From Porphyridium purpureum (Eukaryota), in the NCBI GenBank assembly GCA_008690995.1, contig VRMN01000002.1:868001-932000 (forward strand): DNA of 64,000 bases, read 5' to 3'. Under the pieces are notes generated by a model, which saw only the letters and a list, made by a program, of their open reading frames with translations, had not been told where the DNA came from and did no database searches. This document shows positions 1-10,577 of this stretch, piece by piece. The translations under genes were made by a program, and so were the position numbers. Numbering within the stretch: position 1 is the first letter of the stretch; every line of letters starts with the position of its first letter.

Positions 1-1
1 C

Positions 2-286
2 GTGCACAAACATCACAGATGGCGAGGTCACGCGGGTGCCATCTCGATGCACGCCACCTTGGGTCCCATACATGGAAAGCTCAGAGTCGAAGCTGACCGT
101 ACTGTATGTGGACGAGGCTCCATACACCTTTCCTTGTGCGTCAAGCACTACCGCCTTGATACTCTGCGTTGACACATCAAGTCCTAGATATAATCCAGCA
201 TCCGCATCGTCTTTACCAACATTGCCGCTGTCATGACGTGCATCGTGACGCACACCGCTCCGCCCATCTACGGGTATACCATCCAT
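2..286 (-). CDS. XYLB: Xylulose kinase (FGGY family), 5' part; runs off the window start
   Basis: Manual minus-strand translation from ATG 286: MDGIP...LYLGLDVSTQSIKAVVLD...VSFDSELSMYGTQGGV...VTSPSVMFVH, matching the eukaryotic xylulokinase N-terminus. Not in the ORF track. Confidence 0.85.
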   Translation of the reverse strand, partial: MDGIPVDGRSGVRHDARHDSGNVGKDDADAGLYLGLDVSTQSIKAVVLDAQGKVYGASSTYSTVSFDSELSMYGTQGGVHRDGTRVTSPSVMFVH

Positions 287-394
287 GCTCGCCCCAGAAG
301 ATCTCTCAACCTCTGGCTCCCTCCAGCTCGATCACGTCTGAAGCAGAAAGGTTGGTTCGAGGCAAGAGAACGAGGAGGTTGAAAGGTGGGGAGG

Positions 395-1402
395 ATGGCG
401 TTCATTGTATTTGGCGCGGCGAGCTTGTGCTCTCTCAATCGCCATGCCTCTGTTGCAAGGCATAACGGCGTGCGTGACCATCAGCGCGTCTTGGTGGGCC
501 GTGGCGCGGCTAGAGGATGCCGCCTGATGACGATGAATGTGCAGCAGGAGAATAGCAGCGTCGAGAAAAAAGCCCAGTCTGTGATTGAGGCCTCGCGTCC
601 GACTGGTGCGGAGCAGTGTCGCACCATTGCCGCGACGGCTACAAGCGCAGCGCTGGCAACTGTGCATGACCGCAAGGGCGATGAAGACGCAGGAGTGTAT
701 CCGTTTGCGTCGATGGTGGAGCTTGCTGTAGATGAACAAGGGCGTCCGATTCTGGGTATGTCGACGCTTTCTGCGCATACGCGCGACTTGGCATCAAATC
801 CGCGTGCGTCTGTGTGTATTATCCAGAAAGGATGGTCAAGCATTCGGGACTCCCGCGTCACGCTTGTTGGTGAGTGCGTCAAACCCGCGGACGCAAAAGA
901 GCAGGAGGCACTGAAGGTACTGTATCGCGCGAAGCACCCACACGCATTCTGGGTTGACTTTGGCGACTTTAGCATGTTCCGTATGGAGAAAATCGTGGAA
1001 GTGCGGTATGTGGGTGGCATTGGCAGAGCAGGAAGCATTAACGTGGACGCCTACTTGCAAGCGCAGCCAGATCCGCTGATGGATTTCGTAGATCGAATCA
1101 TCGGCCACATGAACAAGGATCATGAAGACGAAATCAAAGCGATTGTCCAGCACTATGCGCCGCTGGAACAGCCAGGTGGGACATTGGTATCCGCCAAAAT
1201 GGCAGCAATGGACAAAAAGGGCATGGACGTGCTGGTCATTGCAGATATCCCGGACGAGGCAAGTGCCGAAGAAGTGAACAAGATGAAGCGCGTCAACTTT
1301 ACCCAACGCCTTGCTTTTCCATTTGAAGCGTCAGATCGTAAGCTTGCCAAGGAAGTACTTGTTGCAATGACCAACGCTGCCGCCGCCGGCGCTGCCACCT
1401 AA
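395..1402 (+). CDS. HugZ/HOZ-like split-barrel heme/FMN-binding protein with C-terminal DUF2470, probably plastid-targeted
   Basis: MAF transit peptide; YPFASMV, LSAHTRDL..NPRAS, HPHAFWVDFGDF, IIGHMNKDH. Confidence 0.8.
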   Translation: MAFIVFGAASLCSLNRHASVARHNGVRDHQRVLVGRGAARGCRLMTMNVQQENSSVEKKAQSVIEASRPTGAEQCRTIAATATSAALATVHDRKGDEDAGVYPFASMVELAVDEQGRPILGMSTLSAHTRDLASNPRASVCIIQKGWSSIRDSRVTLVGECVKPADAKEQEALKVLYRAKHPHAFWVDFGDFSMFRMEKIVEVRYVGGIGRAGSINVDAYLQAQPDPLMDFVDRIIGHMNKDHEDEIKAIVQHYAPLEQPGGTLVSAKMAAMDKKGMDVLVIADIPDEASAEEVNKMKRVNFTQRLAFPFEASDRKLAKEVLVAMTNAAAAGAAT

Positions 1403-1534
1403 ACTTAGTTCCGTTCGCCATCTGCTCGTACGCGCACCTCCAAAGTACCCCTGGGATTGGAAAAAGAGTCTGAGGAAGGTAGAGAACGAATGCCACTTGA
1501 ATAAAGAAGACAAGCGAAAGCGCATGTCACGAGT

Positions 1535-2101
1535 ATGGCGTTCTCGAGCAGTCTGGGTGCCTTCATAGTAGCGCCGCTCGGGCGCCCAGTGCGCACGCAT
1601 GTACCGCGCACGTGCGTAACGCGTAGAGCGCGGCCTCGCACCTCGGCGCGCATGAGTGTCCACGACATTAATTCGCTAGGCGATTACGTGAGCCACATGG
1701 TGTGGATTGCATCGGCGGCGACAATTGCTATCTATGGCTCCAAGGTGACGGAAGAGCAGCGCACGCGACAGGCGAGAAAGGAGCAAGAGCGCATTCTTGC
1801 CGAGGAAGAGAAAACCAGAAAGTGGGAACGTTTGGTGGAGGGAGAAAGCAGGAGTCTGCTCATCGGTGATGACCGGCGCCAGCCTCAGTGGCTCCCGACA
1901 ATCGATGACTTTGCGGACGCCACTGAGCTAATGGAGAAAGAAAGGAAAGAAGCGTCCAAGAAGCAAAACGGAGCGCTGTCATCTGCGGATGCGTATCAAG
2001 CAAAGGAAGACATGGTGGATTTTGGACAGGCGTTCGACCGCGCAGACGCAGAGAGGAAGGAGCGCCAAGCCGAGCGCGCGCGGCGTCAAGATAGTCAGTA
2101 A
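1535..2101 (+). CDS. Hypothetical plastid-targeted single-pass membrane protein with coiled coil
   Basis: MAFSS..AFIV transit-like N-terminus, one hydrophobic stretch, charged C-terminus. Confidence 0.6.
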   Translation: MAFSSSLGAFIVAPLGRPVRTHVPRTCVTRRARPRTSARMSVHDINSLGDYVSHMVWIASAATIAIYGSKVTEEQRTRQARKEQERILAEEEKTRKWERLVEGESRSLLIGDDRRQPQWLPTIDDFADATELMEKERKEASKKQNGALSSADAYQAKEDMVDFGQAFDRADAERKERQAERARRQDSQ

Positions 2102-2166
2102 AATGTCTCTATCCTGTTTGAATATTTATAGCGCATATACAATGTCCTGTCTCCCTACAGTCAGCC

Positions 2167-3474
2167 TCAAGCAACGCGCCAGACATGAAGCTCACTGGAC
2201 ACGGAAGCGAATAAGTTCATGCTCGGATGGAAGCGCGTGCTTGTCACAAGCGACTTGTGAGCTTCCATCGTGCGCAGCAGTCTGCCTGAGTTGACGTCCC
2301 AAAAGCACACTTGACCTCCGAGCGTGCCGCAACTGGCAACGACGCCATCGGGGCTTATATGGGAACTCTGTGCGACAAGTGTGTGCGCGGGCTCGCTTGG
2401 CATCTCCTCAGAACTGCTCGCCCGCAGGTGATGTAAAATGTTCAAAGAAAGACCATCGAGTACGGTCAAACTCGTTCGAGGGAGTGCAGTCCGCAGCGCT
2501 TTTTCATCTACGCTACTCTGTGCAAGCTCGCGCAGCCCGACCAAGAGACGAGACGCGTCATCACTCATATATATAGATTCAACTCGTGTCGCCGCCTTGC
2601 GGCTCAGACCGGGCACGTTGGTAGCGCGCCGCAGGAACGGTCCGCGGTCATACATACGCATGTCGAAGAACTCGGATTCAAAATGGAACGGATTGAGCGT
2701 GCTGTTACTTCCGGTACACACAAGCAGGCATACTCCCACGCCATCACTAGCAATCTGCGCTACCTCTCCTAGGCGGAACAGCGCGATCCGCCCTTGACAC
2801 GTGCTGGTGCGCTGATCCCAGAACCGCACGGACGCATCCATCGCTGCAGACACAAAGGCGTGCGAGCGCGGCACGGCCGCTATGCTCGTGACATAGTCTC
2901 GATGCGCGCGGTAGTAGCGTACGTAGCGCGAGTCCGATAATGATAAGTGACGTAAGGAGTGATCAAACGCGTTGTTCGATGCATGAATCACCATATGTGC
3001 GCCCGAGCTTGGGGCAAAAATCGACGGTCCTACACCATACTTCTTCACAGGATATGTGCGCACATTGATTCTGGGGCCCTTGATGTTTGCCACGCACGCC
3101 AGCAGTTCGCTAGACATCGAGCCGGTCAGCAACTCGCCGCCGTCGGGAGAAAATTCGAGCAGCTGCATCAGTTCATTCGAACTGCTCATCTGCGCCGCCG
3201 GTGCGGGCTCGACACTTTTTACGCCATCTCGATCATTGCCAAACGTAGACCCTAGGCTCTGTGTCCAAGGCGACGTGAGTGCGCTCGCCCGACCTGAGCC
3301 CGTGCCAGGCGCGTGAGTACGATGGTCGTGAACCAGAGCGCCTCCAGCACCTCCGCCTCCAGCCGACGACGAGGCGAGGATCTCTTTTTGGCTCCCGGCT
3401 TTGGCAATCTCCATGACTGGAATTGTCTTTGCGCGGCGAAGAGCCGCCACTCGACTCTGTGTGTCCATAACCAT
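2167..3474 (-). CDS. WDR82: WD40 protein, WDR82/SWD2-like (COMPASS subunit)
   Basis: KKYGVG, LRHLSLSDSRYVRYYRAH, FVSAAMDASVRFWDQR, RFHPSMNLFAS; start at 3474 or 3468. Confidence 0.8.
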   Translation of the reverse strand: MVMDTQSRVAALRRAKTIPVMEIAKAGSQKEILASSSAGGGGAGGALVHDHRTHAPGTGSGRASALTSPWTQSLGSTFGNDRDGVKSVEPAPAAQMSSSNELMQLLEFSPDGGELLTGSMSSELLACVANIKGPRINVRTYPVKKYGVGPSIFAPSSGAHMVIHASNNAFDHSLRHLSLSDSRYVRYYRAHRDYVTSIAAVPRSHAFVSAAMDASVRFWDQRTSTCQGRIALFRLGEVAQIASDGVGVCLLVCTGSNSTLNPFHFESEFFDMRMYDRGPFLRRATNVPGLSRKAATRVESIYMSDDASRLLVGLRELAQSSVDEKALRTALPRTSLTVLDGLSLNILHHLRASSSEEMPSEPAHTLVAQSSHISPDGVVASCGTLGGQVCFWDVNSGRLLRTMEAHKSLVTSTRFHPSMNLFASVSSELHVWRVA

Positions 3475-4538
3475 CCTCTTCCTTCTCTTCCTTCTCTTCT
3501 CTCTCTCTCTCTCTCTGGCTAAAGCCACGAAGCGCGACATTCACCAAGTTGTGCCAAAAAGTACAGCGCATGGCGACAAGCTCGCGCATTTTGTTCGCGC
3601 GCGGCACATGCGCAGCCAGAGGCGGCGAGGTATCAACATCCAGGTTTACATGCAAGTGTCGAAACCTGCCGGTGCGCGTGAACAGCGCCGCGAAAAATGT
3701 TATTCCGTGCGCTCCACTCAGAGGCCACGCCACGCAATGACTTTGAAGAAACATACGGAATGGCGGAATGAAAGGGTTGCCGCGAAACACACTGATACCT
3801 TGACGATTTCTCTTTCACCAACTTGTTTGTCATCCGTCTTAGAGACCGCTTGTTATTGCACTTCAGTATAGATCCTTCTTGCGCTTGGTCGCCGCGGTTC
3901 GCCGGCATGATCTCACGCGTGCCAGATGAGCGCGTGTAGCCGCCTTCAGACGATAGAAATCTCTTGCCCACATCTTTCCCTTCAGTGTGAGGTGACAAAT
4001 CAGAGTAGGACGCCTTTACCACAGACAAAGGACGATCGCGAGTTGATGGCTATCTTTTCTCTGCTACGAACTCACCTGCGAACCTGATAACTTCGCGCAG
4101 CACCAGAGCGCAAGGAATCTACCGGCAGAAGAAGCTAAAACAGGACAACGACGAAGGTGCCCAGCTCGGTCTCACGTGGTCAGGAAACCAGAGGTTGGCT
4201 CTGCTTTCGCTGGCCAAGCTCCTCGTGCCCAGTCTTCAGCGTGCAGGCAACGTATTGAATTGAACCTTCGTCTCTGACGACTGGGGCTCGGATGGACACT
4301 TTGGCTCGGACAGAGTGCGACACAGAAACACAAACTTTTCTTGTTGTACGATTTCCTTGCACGAGGAGGTTGAGTTCGACCGTGCGACTCGAGCCCAGCT
4401 ACAGCTGCATCTCTCATTTCTACGGAAACCGCATGGTTCGCAACAACGGGACAATAAAGCGCGCGCGGACATCAATGACCGTGTTAGCGAGACGACTTGA
4501 ATGACCGGGTGGTGCGGCATTTGACGTTTGTGTGTAAA

Positions 4539-7418
4539 ATGGAAAGGACGGCCATCCGACCGCTCGAGCAAGGCGTCGCGCGGCACCTGGAAGTGGGTCA
4601 AGTGGTCGCTGACGTGTGTGGCGTTGTCAAGGAATTGGTGGACAACGCATTGGACGCCGCCGGAACCTCGCAAGTGAGTGTGATTGTCAAACACGCAAAC
4701 ACGTACGTCTCGGTGCAGGATAACGGCTGCGGCTTGGCCGAGGAAGATCTGGAGCTTCTTTGCGCACGTGCTGCTACGTCGAAGTATACCGCTGCTGCCG
4801 CCTCTACAGCAGGGCATGGTTCGGTCGGAAACTGTGCGGAGGCTACCAGCCACCCTGAAACGGCGAAAAGGCAGGTCGAAGTCATTGGGGTAAACACGTT
4901 GGGTTTTCGAGGCATGGCCCTCCATGCCATTGCGCACATTTCGTCCACACTCAAGGTGACGACTTGCAAGGAAAGCGCAGTACCGAATGGACTTGCGGCG
5001 ACTTTCACACCACTGGGGCAACTGCAAAAGAAGCCACATCGCGTCGCCCGGGAACGTGGAACCACCGTCGAAGTGTTTGGTTTGTTTGAAAACTGGCCTG
5101 TACGAAAGACGCACGCACAGACGCAGCAGAAGCGCTTGGCGCAAAGCGTGGCCGTCCTCTTGCAGAATTATGCCGTTGCATTTCCTCACATCCGATTCTC
5201 TCTCCTTATGGAAAGCGTGTCTCTACTGCGTACTCCTGGCAGAGCGAGTGCCCTGGATACTTCGTCATGTGTGCCCTCGCAGGGAAGAGGGGTTGATTTG
5301 GATGTTCTCGCAGCGGCTCTTGCAAGCGTTCATGGCGCGGCCATTCTGAGGAAAATGGAGAGAGTGGCAGAAGACTTGCAATTTGATGCGGGCGAGTCCG
5401 ACCCGAATGCCGGAAGCACCCTGCAAGTGTGTCAAATGCGCGGCTTTGTTTCTCGCGGACATCTTGTCGGTAGCGGTACGTCGAGCGGTGCGCAGCAATA
5501 CGTGGTCATCAATGCACGGCCTGTCGAATACCCCGCCATCGCACGCGCCATTACGGAGTCATTTAGGCAGTGCAATCTCAACAATGCGCGGTCGTTTCCT
5601 TGTTTTGTGCTTCACTTCAGTGTGCCATCAGAATTCGTTGACGTCAACGTGAATCCGGGCAAGACGCGGGTATTTATTTCTGGTGGTAAGTCTTTGCTAG
5701 AAGCCATCAAGAGTGTGTTCTGGCGCTTGTGGCATGCCGCTGACTCGGCTCAGATCATACCGAGGGAGCTAAAATCAAGTGCGGGCAAGTCCCAGATGCT
5801 CCTGCTGCTGCAACCATCGGGGCAACCAAGCCAAACCAGAAACAGGGAACCTGAAGACGAATACCCAGAGGAAGAAAAGATTGGGGAAGGCGACAATGAC
5901 ATTGTTCGTGGTGGTCTTGATAGATTAGATGCATGTAGCAACACTCTTGACGGGGAAGAAGACACAGCTTTTCCATCTGTTTCACCGCAGTCGGATGGAG
6001 TCCGAGCTTTTTCGTGCAGCCCGGAAGAATCACTGTCAATATTTCCTTTGTCTATGTCTCTCACCCCGTCAGGCAAGAACGACGATGCGAAACAAGACAT
6101 CGACAACTCAAGTGATCATGCGATTGAATCATTGGCTACGGAAGTTGTGGCCTCCTCGCCGATGCGGCGGACAGGTTTCTCTGGTCAGTGCACTGTGCAT
6201 CCAGGTGTGGAAGTGGATCTGCCAAAAGAAGCACCTCGTCCGCGAAATCGGAATAACCGCATTCGCCAGGCTGTCTTAAACGAAGGCGCAGGTCTCACAG
6301 GCTCAAAGCGAAGGGCTGAAAAGGACAACATCGCAAAGGACTCTATGCGTCACAAGAGCGCAAGCACGCTGGATGAGAAGCATACTCCTAGTGCTGTGGC
6401 TTCAACCACAACTTTCAGGCGTGTGTACGCGCCCGAACAGGACGATGATATGCTGCTCGAGTCGCAGTTGTTTGTTCGACACCGCCTGGTTGCGGATGCC
6501 GTCGATGCCACAAATCCTGAGAAGGATGATCCCTGGCAAAGAGAGAATGATAAGCATGTGAGACAGATCCGCCACGACGACGAATTCACTATCATGCATG
6601 ATATTGGTGGCGTCAAAGTTTCGAAACGCCGCGTGCGCGCTTCCATTAGTGTTTCGCTCGAAAAGCTTGCTGAATGGCGGAAGAGCCATCATGCATCGAT
6701 GCTCCGGCTACGGCAGCTTGATGTGTTGAGTGCGGCACGCGCAGCAGAGCAAGTGCCCCGAAATTTGGAAAATGTGATTGAGGAAGAGAAGAGATTATCG
6801 CTTGTTTTCAGCAAGGCACGCTTTGCCGACTTGGAAGTTATAGGTCAGTTTAATCTAGGATTCTTTTTGGCGCGCCTTGGACAGCAGGTGTTTGTCATTG
6901 ACCAGCACGCAGCGGACGAGAAGTATAACTTTGAAAAGCTGAATGTGGAAGCTGCGGGCGAAGGTGCTTCGTTGGCGTTGCAGAGTCTACTAATCCCGAA
7001 AGCGCTCAGCTTCTGCCCAGAAGACCTTCTCATTGTCCGCGAACACCTGCAAATCATCCAGCAGGCTGGCTTCCAGCTTACAACAAATGCGGACTCGTCG
7101 TGGCGACTCAGCGCTGTGCCTGTGCTGAATGGCGTGGTCTTTGGCGATGGCGACTTGTTTGAGCTGGTTCAGTACATTCGAGAGCATGGCATTCCGCAGG
7201 AAGACGGTCAGACTCTATCAGGTCGTGCTTTGCTCATTCGCGCCTCGCAAAGAATTCGGGCTATCCATGCAAGCAAGGCTTGCCGTAAAAGCATCATGAT
7301 TGGTACGGCATTGAAACGGCAAACCATGGAACAAGTGGTCTCGAATTTATCTGGTCTGCAGTCACCTTGGAGCTGCCCTCACGGACGTCCCACCATGCGG
7401 TATTTGTTTTCCCTGTAA
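4539..7418 (+). CDS. PMS1: MutL-family mismatch repair endonuclease PMS1/PMS2
   Basis: KELVDNALDA, DNGCG, GFRG, VDVNVNP, DQHAADEKYNFE endonuclease motif, ACRKSIMIG, CPHGRPT. Confidence 0.95.
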   Translation: MERTAIRPLEQGVARHLEVGQVVADVCGVVKELVDNALDAAGTSQVSVIVKHANTYVSVQDNGCGLAEEDLELLCARAATSKYTAAAASTAGHGSVGNCAEATSHPETAKRQVEVIGVNTLGFRGMALHAIAHISSTLKVTTCKESAVPNGLAATFTPLGQLQKKPHRVARERGTTVEVFGLFENWPVRKTHAQTQQKRLAQSVAVLLQNYAVAFPHIRFSLLMESVSLLRTPGRASALDTSSCVPSQGRGVDLDVLAAALASVHGAAILRKMERVAEDLQFDAGESDPNAGSTLQVCQMRGFVSRGHLVGSGTSSGAQQYVVINARPVEYPAIARAITESFRQCNLNNARSFPCFVLHFSVPSEFVDVNVNPGKTRVFISGGKSLLEAIKSVFWRLWHAADSAQIIPRELKSSAGKSQMLLLLQPSGQPSQTRNREPEDEYPEEEKIGEGDNDIVRGGLDRLDACSNTLDGEEDTAFPSVSPQSDGVRAFSCSPEESLSIFPLSMSLTPSGKNDDAKQDIDNSSDHAIESLATEVVASSPMRRTGFSGQCTVHPGVEVDLPKEAPRPRNRNNRIRQAVLNEGAGLTGSKRRAEKDNIAKDSMRHKSASTLDEKHTPSAVASTTTFRRVYAPEQDDDMLLESQLFVRHRLVADAVDATNPEKDDPWQRENDKHVRQIRHDDEFTIMHDIGGVKVSKRRVRASISVSLEKLAEWRKSHHASMLRLRQLDVLSAARAAEQVPRNLENVIEEEKRLSLVFSKARFADLEVIGQFNLGFFLARLGQQVFVIDQHAADEKYNFEKLNVEAAGEGASLALQSLLIPKALSFCPEDLLIVREHLQIIQQAGFQLTTNADSSWRLSAVPVLNGVVFGDGDLFELVQYIREHGIPQEDGQTLSGRALLIRASQRIRAIHASKACRKSIMIGTALKRQTMEQVVSNLSGLQSPWSCPHGRPTMRYLFSL

Positions 7419-7439
7419 CGTGTACTCAAAACGTCTCCG

Positions 7440-8846
7440 TCAACGAGCGGCAGCAGCGGCCATGATCTTAATGATCCAGAATTTGCCGACAAGGACGCCC
7501 AGGAAAGTTGCGATTGAGTAGCCGAAAACGCCCACGAGCAACCCTGGAATGATCAAGGACTTCCAAGACCGGCTGGATGCCATCGCTGCAGCCGTCGTTG
7601 GACCACCAACCGACGCATTGGAGCTGATGAGCAGGAGACTGAGGTTGATCTTGAGCATCTTTCCTACTCCGATCAGAAACAGAAAATGGACCGCGAGCTG
7701 CACAAAAATGTGCACAAACGCCGACGGCGCAGTCTGAAGGACCGTGCGAATACTTCCAGACGCACCAGATGCGGCAAAGAAAAGCTGCATGAAAAATACA
7801 CCGAGCGAGTTGGCGGCGCCTGCGCGGCACCGAAAGTAGTCCGGCAGCGCGGTCGCCAGTGCGAGAATGATGAGCGTCGACACGGGAATCATGCCAAATT
7901 GGCGAAGTACGGGCACAGTACGCGCGAGGTACCCGCCCACTGTACAGATACAAGCGCTCAAGGTCAGCACCACAGCCATATCATTCAGACTGACTCCAGA
8001 CGTCTCTTCCAAGTCCGTAGCCACGACCAGTGCGTTGCCGTCGGATACCAGCTCGCTGGTCTGAGTGGGCTCAGAAGAAGTCAGCTCCGGATCTGGTTCG
8101 TTGCGGGCAAAGTAGAAGAGCATCATGAAGTAAAGCGCAACGATCACATTGTCTGCGGCCAGAGCGCTTGCCGTTGCAGAACCGCCGGTTTTGAGCGCGT
8201 CCGCGACCGCAACGAAATTAACCGCACCGCCAATGTGCCGTGCCATAAGCATGGAAGCAACTTTCCATGCGTCGCTTCCAAACGATTTCATCGGGGCAAC
8301 CCAACTTGCCACTAGGGCCCCTAATACCGTTCCAATTGCAGCGATAAGAAACGCCAGGAACAGTGCTCCTGTCTGTCTGAACACTCGACGTAAGTCTGCA
8401 TTGAACAGCAACAAGGGCACCGCCATCGGCACCAAGTACGCATTGATCACTTCGTACACGCCGCTGGTCGAGGGCAATACTCCCACGTTGGTCATTAGGA
8501 GAGTCAGCAGCATCGTCACGATCGGGGGTGAGACCATGGCTCCCACTTTGGTCTTCTCGGCCAGAATGCCCACTGCTGCACTAAACCCCATGGCCGACAG
8601 CACGGCCCACGGGTCTGCCGCCATCTTGATTTGAGAGCATGACCGCAATGTCGATCGCTTGAATCTTTGCGAGACCGATGCAGGTCCTTCACGTTGTCCT
8701 AGCCGGTGCTTACTGGGACGCACAGAGCCGCGCGGCGCGGCGCAAGTTAATGCCGTACAAGAAGATGCCCAAAAGCATCGTGGCGGCGCCTGACCATTTC
8801 CCCAGACGGATGATGACGCGACAAAAGCCCCAGAAGAATGCAACAT
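7440..8846 (-). CDS. DUF819 family multi-pass membrane protein, probably plastid
   Basis: VPLLLFNADLRR, HIGGAVNFVAV, AADN, SNASVGGPTTA. Confidence 0.85.
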   Translation of the reverse strand: MLHSSGAFVASSSVWGNGQAPPRCFWASSCTALTCAAPRGSVRPSKHRLGQREGPASVSQRFKRSTLRSCSQIKMAADPWAVLSAMGFSAAVGILAEKTKVGAMVSPPIVTMLLTLLMTNVGVLPSTSGVYEVINAYLVPMAVPLLLFNADLRRVFRQTGALFLAFLIAAIGTVLGALVASWVAPMKSFGSDAWKVASMLMARHIGGAVNFVAVADALKTGGSATASALAADNVIVALYFMMLFYFARNEPDPELTSSEPTQTSELVSDGNALVVATDLEETSGVSLNDMAVVLTLSACICTVGGYLARTVPVLRQFGMIPVSTLIILALATALPDYFRCRAGAANSLGVFFMQLFFAASGASGSIRTVLQTAPSAFVHIFVQLAVHFLFLIGVGKMLKINLSLLLISSNASVGGPTTAAAMASSRSWKSLIIPGLLVGVFGYSIATFLGVLVGKFWIIKIMAAAAAR

Positions 8847-8923
8847 TACGGGCAACGTTCTCCCCAGATCTCAAAGAGTACTGAAGCTTGTGTCGCCCAA
8901 CCAACGGCAATTAAAAGTCACGT

Positions 8924-9499
8924 TTACTGGCTCTGCGAGTCTGGGTCTAGTCTGACGTGATCTGGTGCCAAAGTCGTGGCTGTGGGGTCAGCGGTATCGG
9001 CGGCGGCAGTACTCTGCTGTTGCTGGACGAGCGCAGCCGAAAGACATGCAATTTCCGAGTCAACGCGCCGCATGGATTCCTCTAGCGCGACAATTCTGCT
9101 CAGAAATGCCTCGTCGTGTTGCAGCTGGAGACGCATCTTTTCGTCGCGTTTGGCTTCTTTCTTGGCCTCTAATTCAGCCCGCTCGCGACCTGCTTTGATG
9201 ACCTCGCTAATCGTGACTCCGCCAACGACGCTCACGACAAACAGCTCTCCTACGAGTTCAGCACCGCGCTCCACGGCCCTTTCGTGCGGCAGCGCCTTGA
9301 TGAGTCCGCCGCCCTCCTCGTCGCGTGCGAGGCGAAAAATGCGGACCACTAGCTTGTGAACCCCTTGCCCCAAAGTTGCACAGCTATCGTGCAGCATCGG
9401 ATGCGTCTTTGCCTGCCCCTTAATCACAGAAGCTACCGGTTTGGCGAGCAACTTGAGCCCGACAGCCAACAGCTTTCCTAGAGGAACGAAATGTGCCAT
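8924..9499 (-). CDS. OPA3: OPA3-like mitochondrial protein
   Basis: KLLAVGLKLLAKPVASVIK..AK.HP; ERAVERGAELVGELFV; C-terminal coiled coil. Confidence 0.9.
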   Translation of the reverse strand: MAHFVPLGKLLAVGLKLLAKPVASVIKGQAKTHPMLHDSCATLGQGVHKLVVRIFRLARDEEGGGLIKALPHERAVERGAELVGELFVVSVVGGVTISEVIKAGRERAELEAKKEAKRDEKMRLQLQHDEAFLSRIVALEESMRRVDSEIACLSAALVQQQQSTAAADTADPTATTLAPDHVRLDPDSQSQ

Positions 9500-9541
9500 G
9501 TCGAGCGACGACTGGAACCTTACAGTGACCGCCTGCTGGTC

Positions 9542-10295
9542 CTATTCACGGGCAAGATCGAGCATCGAGTAAGCCAGCGAAATATCCGCCTGGAATTCTG
9601 AGATGCGCGCGTTGAGAATCTCTACCCGTGCTTTCAGCTTCTTTTCTCGGTCCGCTGCGATCGCGATCGCCTCACCCACAGATACTTCCAGCAGCACGCC
9701 TAGCCCTAGATCAAGCACGACTGTGTCAAGTTGGTCTGCCGAAGCACGCGTTTCGGCGAACACGTGCGCTCCAATATCCGCCTTCAAATGCCAATCGCGT
9801 ATAACCCACAAAGCAAGGACGACACACAGCGAACCAGGCGAAAGTAAAAGGCACGAGCGAAAAGCCCCACGTGCGACGAACGAACACACACACACACACA
9901 CACACACACACGCCCACTTCCAGATATCGTTAGTACTCCGTCAGTCCACACATTGGTTGCGCTCCAAGTCCTTCGGAGCGCTAAATCGCGACCACTGGCG
10001 CCGCATGCACGGTCGACTACAGCAATGAGTGACGTACCTTGAGCTGGAGAGCCGGCGCCACGGGTAGGGCACCACCGTCTTGGTAGGACGTGGAGGAGGC
10101 ATGGGTTGCGGACGTTAGCGCGCGCAGCAGAAGCATATTTTGTGTGACTTGGTACCACTCAGCCAGCTCAAGGAAGCACGCGTCGCGTTGCGCGAGAACG
10201 CCGTCCAAGTTCTGCTTGATGCCGCGCTCGATTCGAGCCGTGACCGCTTCAATACCCTCCTGCACGAAAGCCCGCGTGGGCGTAATCGTGTCCAT
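9542..10295 (-). CDS. UXT: UXT / prefoldin alpha-like protein; 2 exons (10295-10038, 9781-9542)
   Basis: Phase-0 intron 10037-9782 (GTACGT...TACTAAC...GAAG) joins ...LQLK to ADIGAHVF...VVLDLGLGVLLEVSVGEAI, typical of alpha-prefoldin hairpins. Confidence 0.75.
9884..9911. repeat. (CA)n microsatellite inside the UXT intron
   Basis: Direct reading of an acacac run. Confidence 0.9.
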
Positions 10296-10577
10296 CTCGA
10301 AATGATTTGCTCACTGGCTCGACCCCGAGCTGCACGTCGACAGACTGAAAGGCTTGATCATCACGCTGCGCAAGTCGAGAACACAAAATGGCTGGAGTGA
10401 TGCAAACTGACGGCGTCCCACAAGGCTAAGGACAGGCTGGCCACGATGCCATCGTAGATGTGAATCAAGGACAAAAGCAAAGAATTCACATTTATCTCGA
10501 GCACGCGCAGGCCACAAGTCAGCACTGTTCATAGCTCTCTAGGACACGGCTGCGACTTGGCGGGCCTGCGCAGGGGC

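Noticed and set aside
3549..4500. Short ORFs between WDR82 and PMS1
   Set aside because: A long plus frame with an internal stop at 4261 exists, but no recognisable motifs or splice model.
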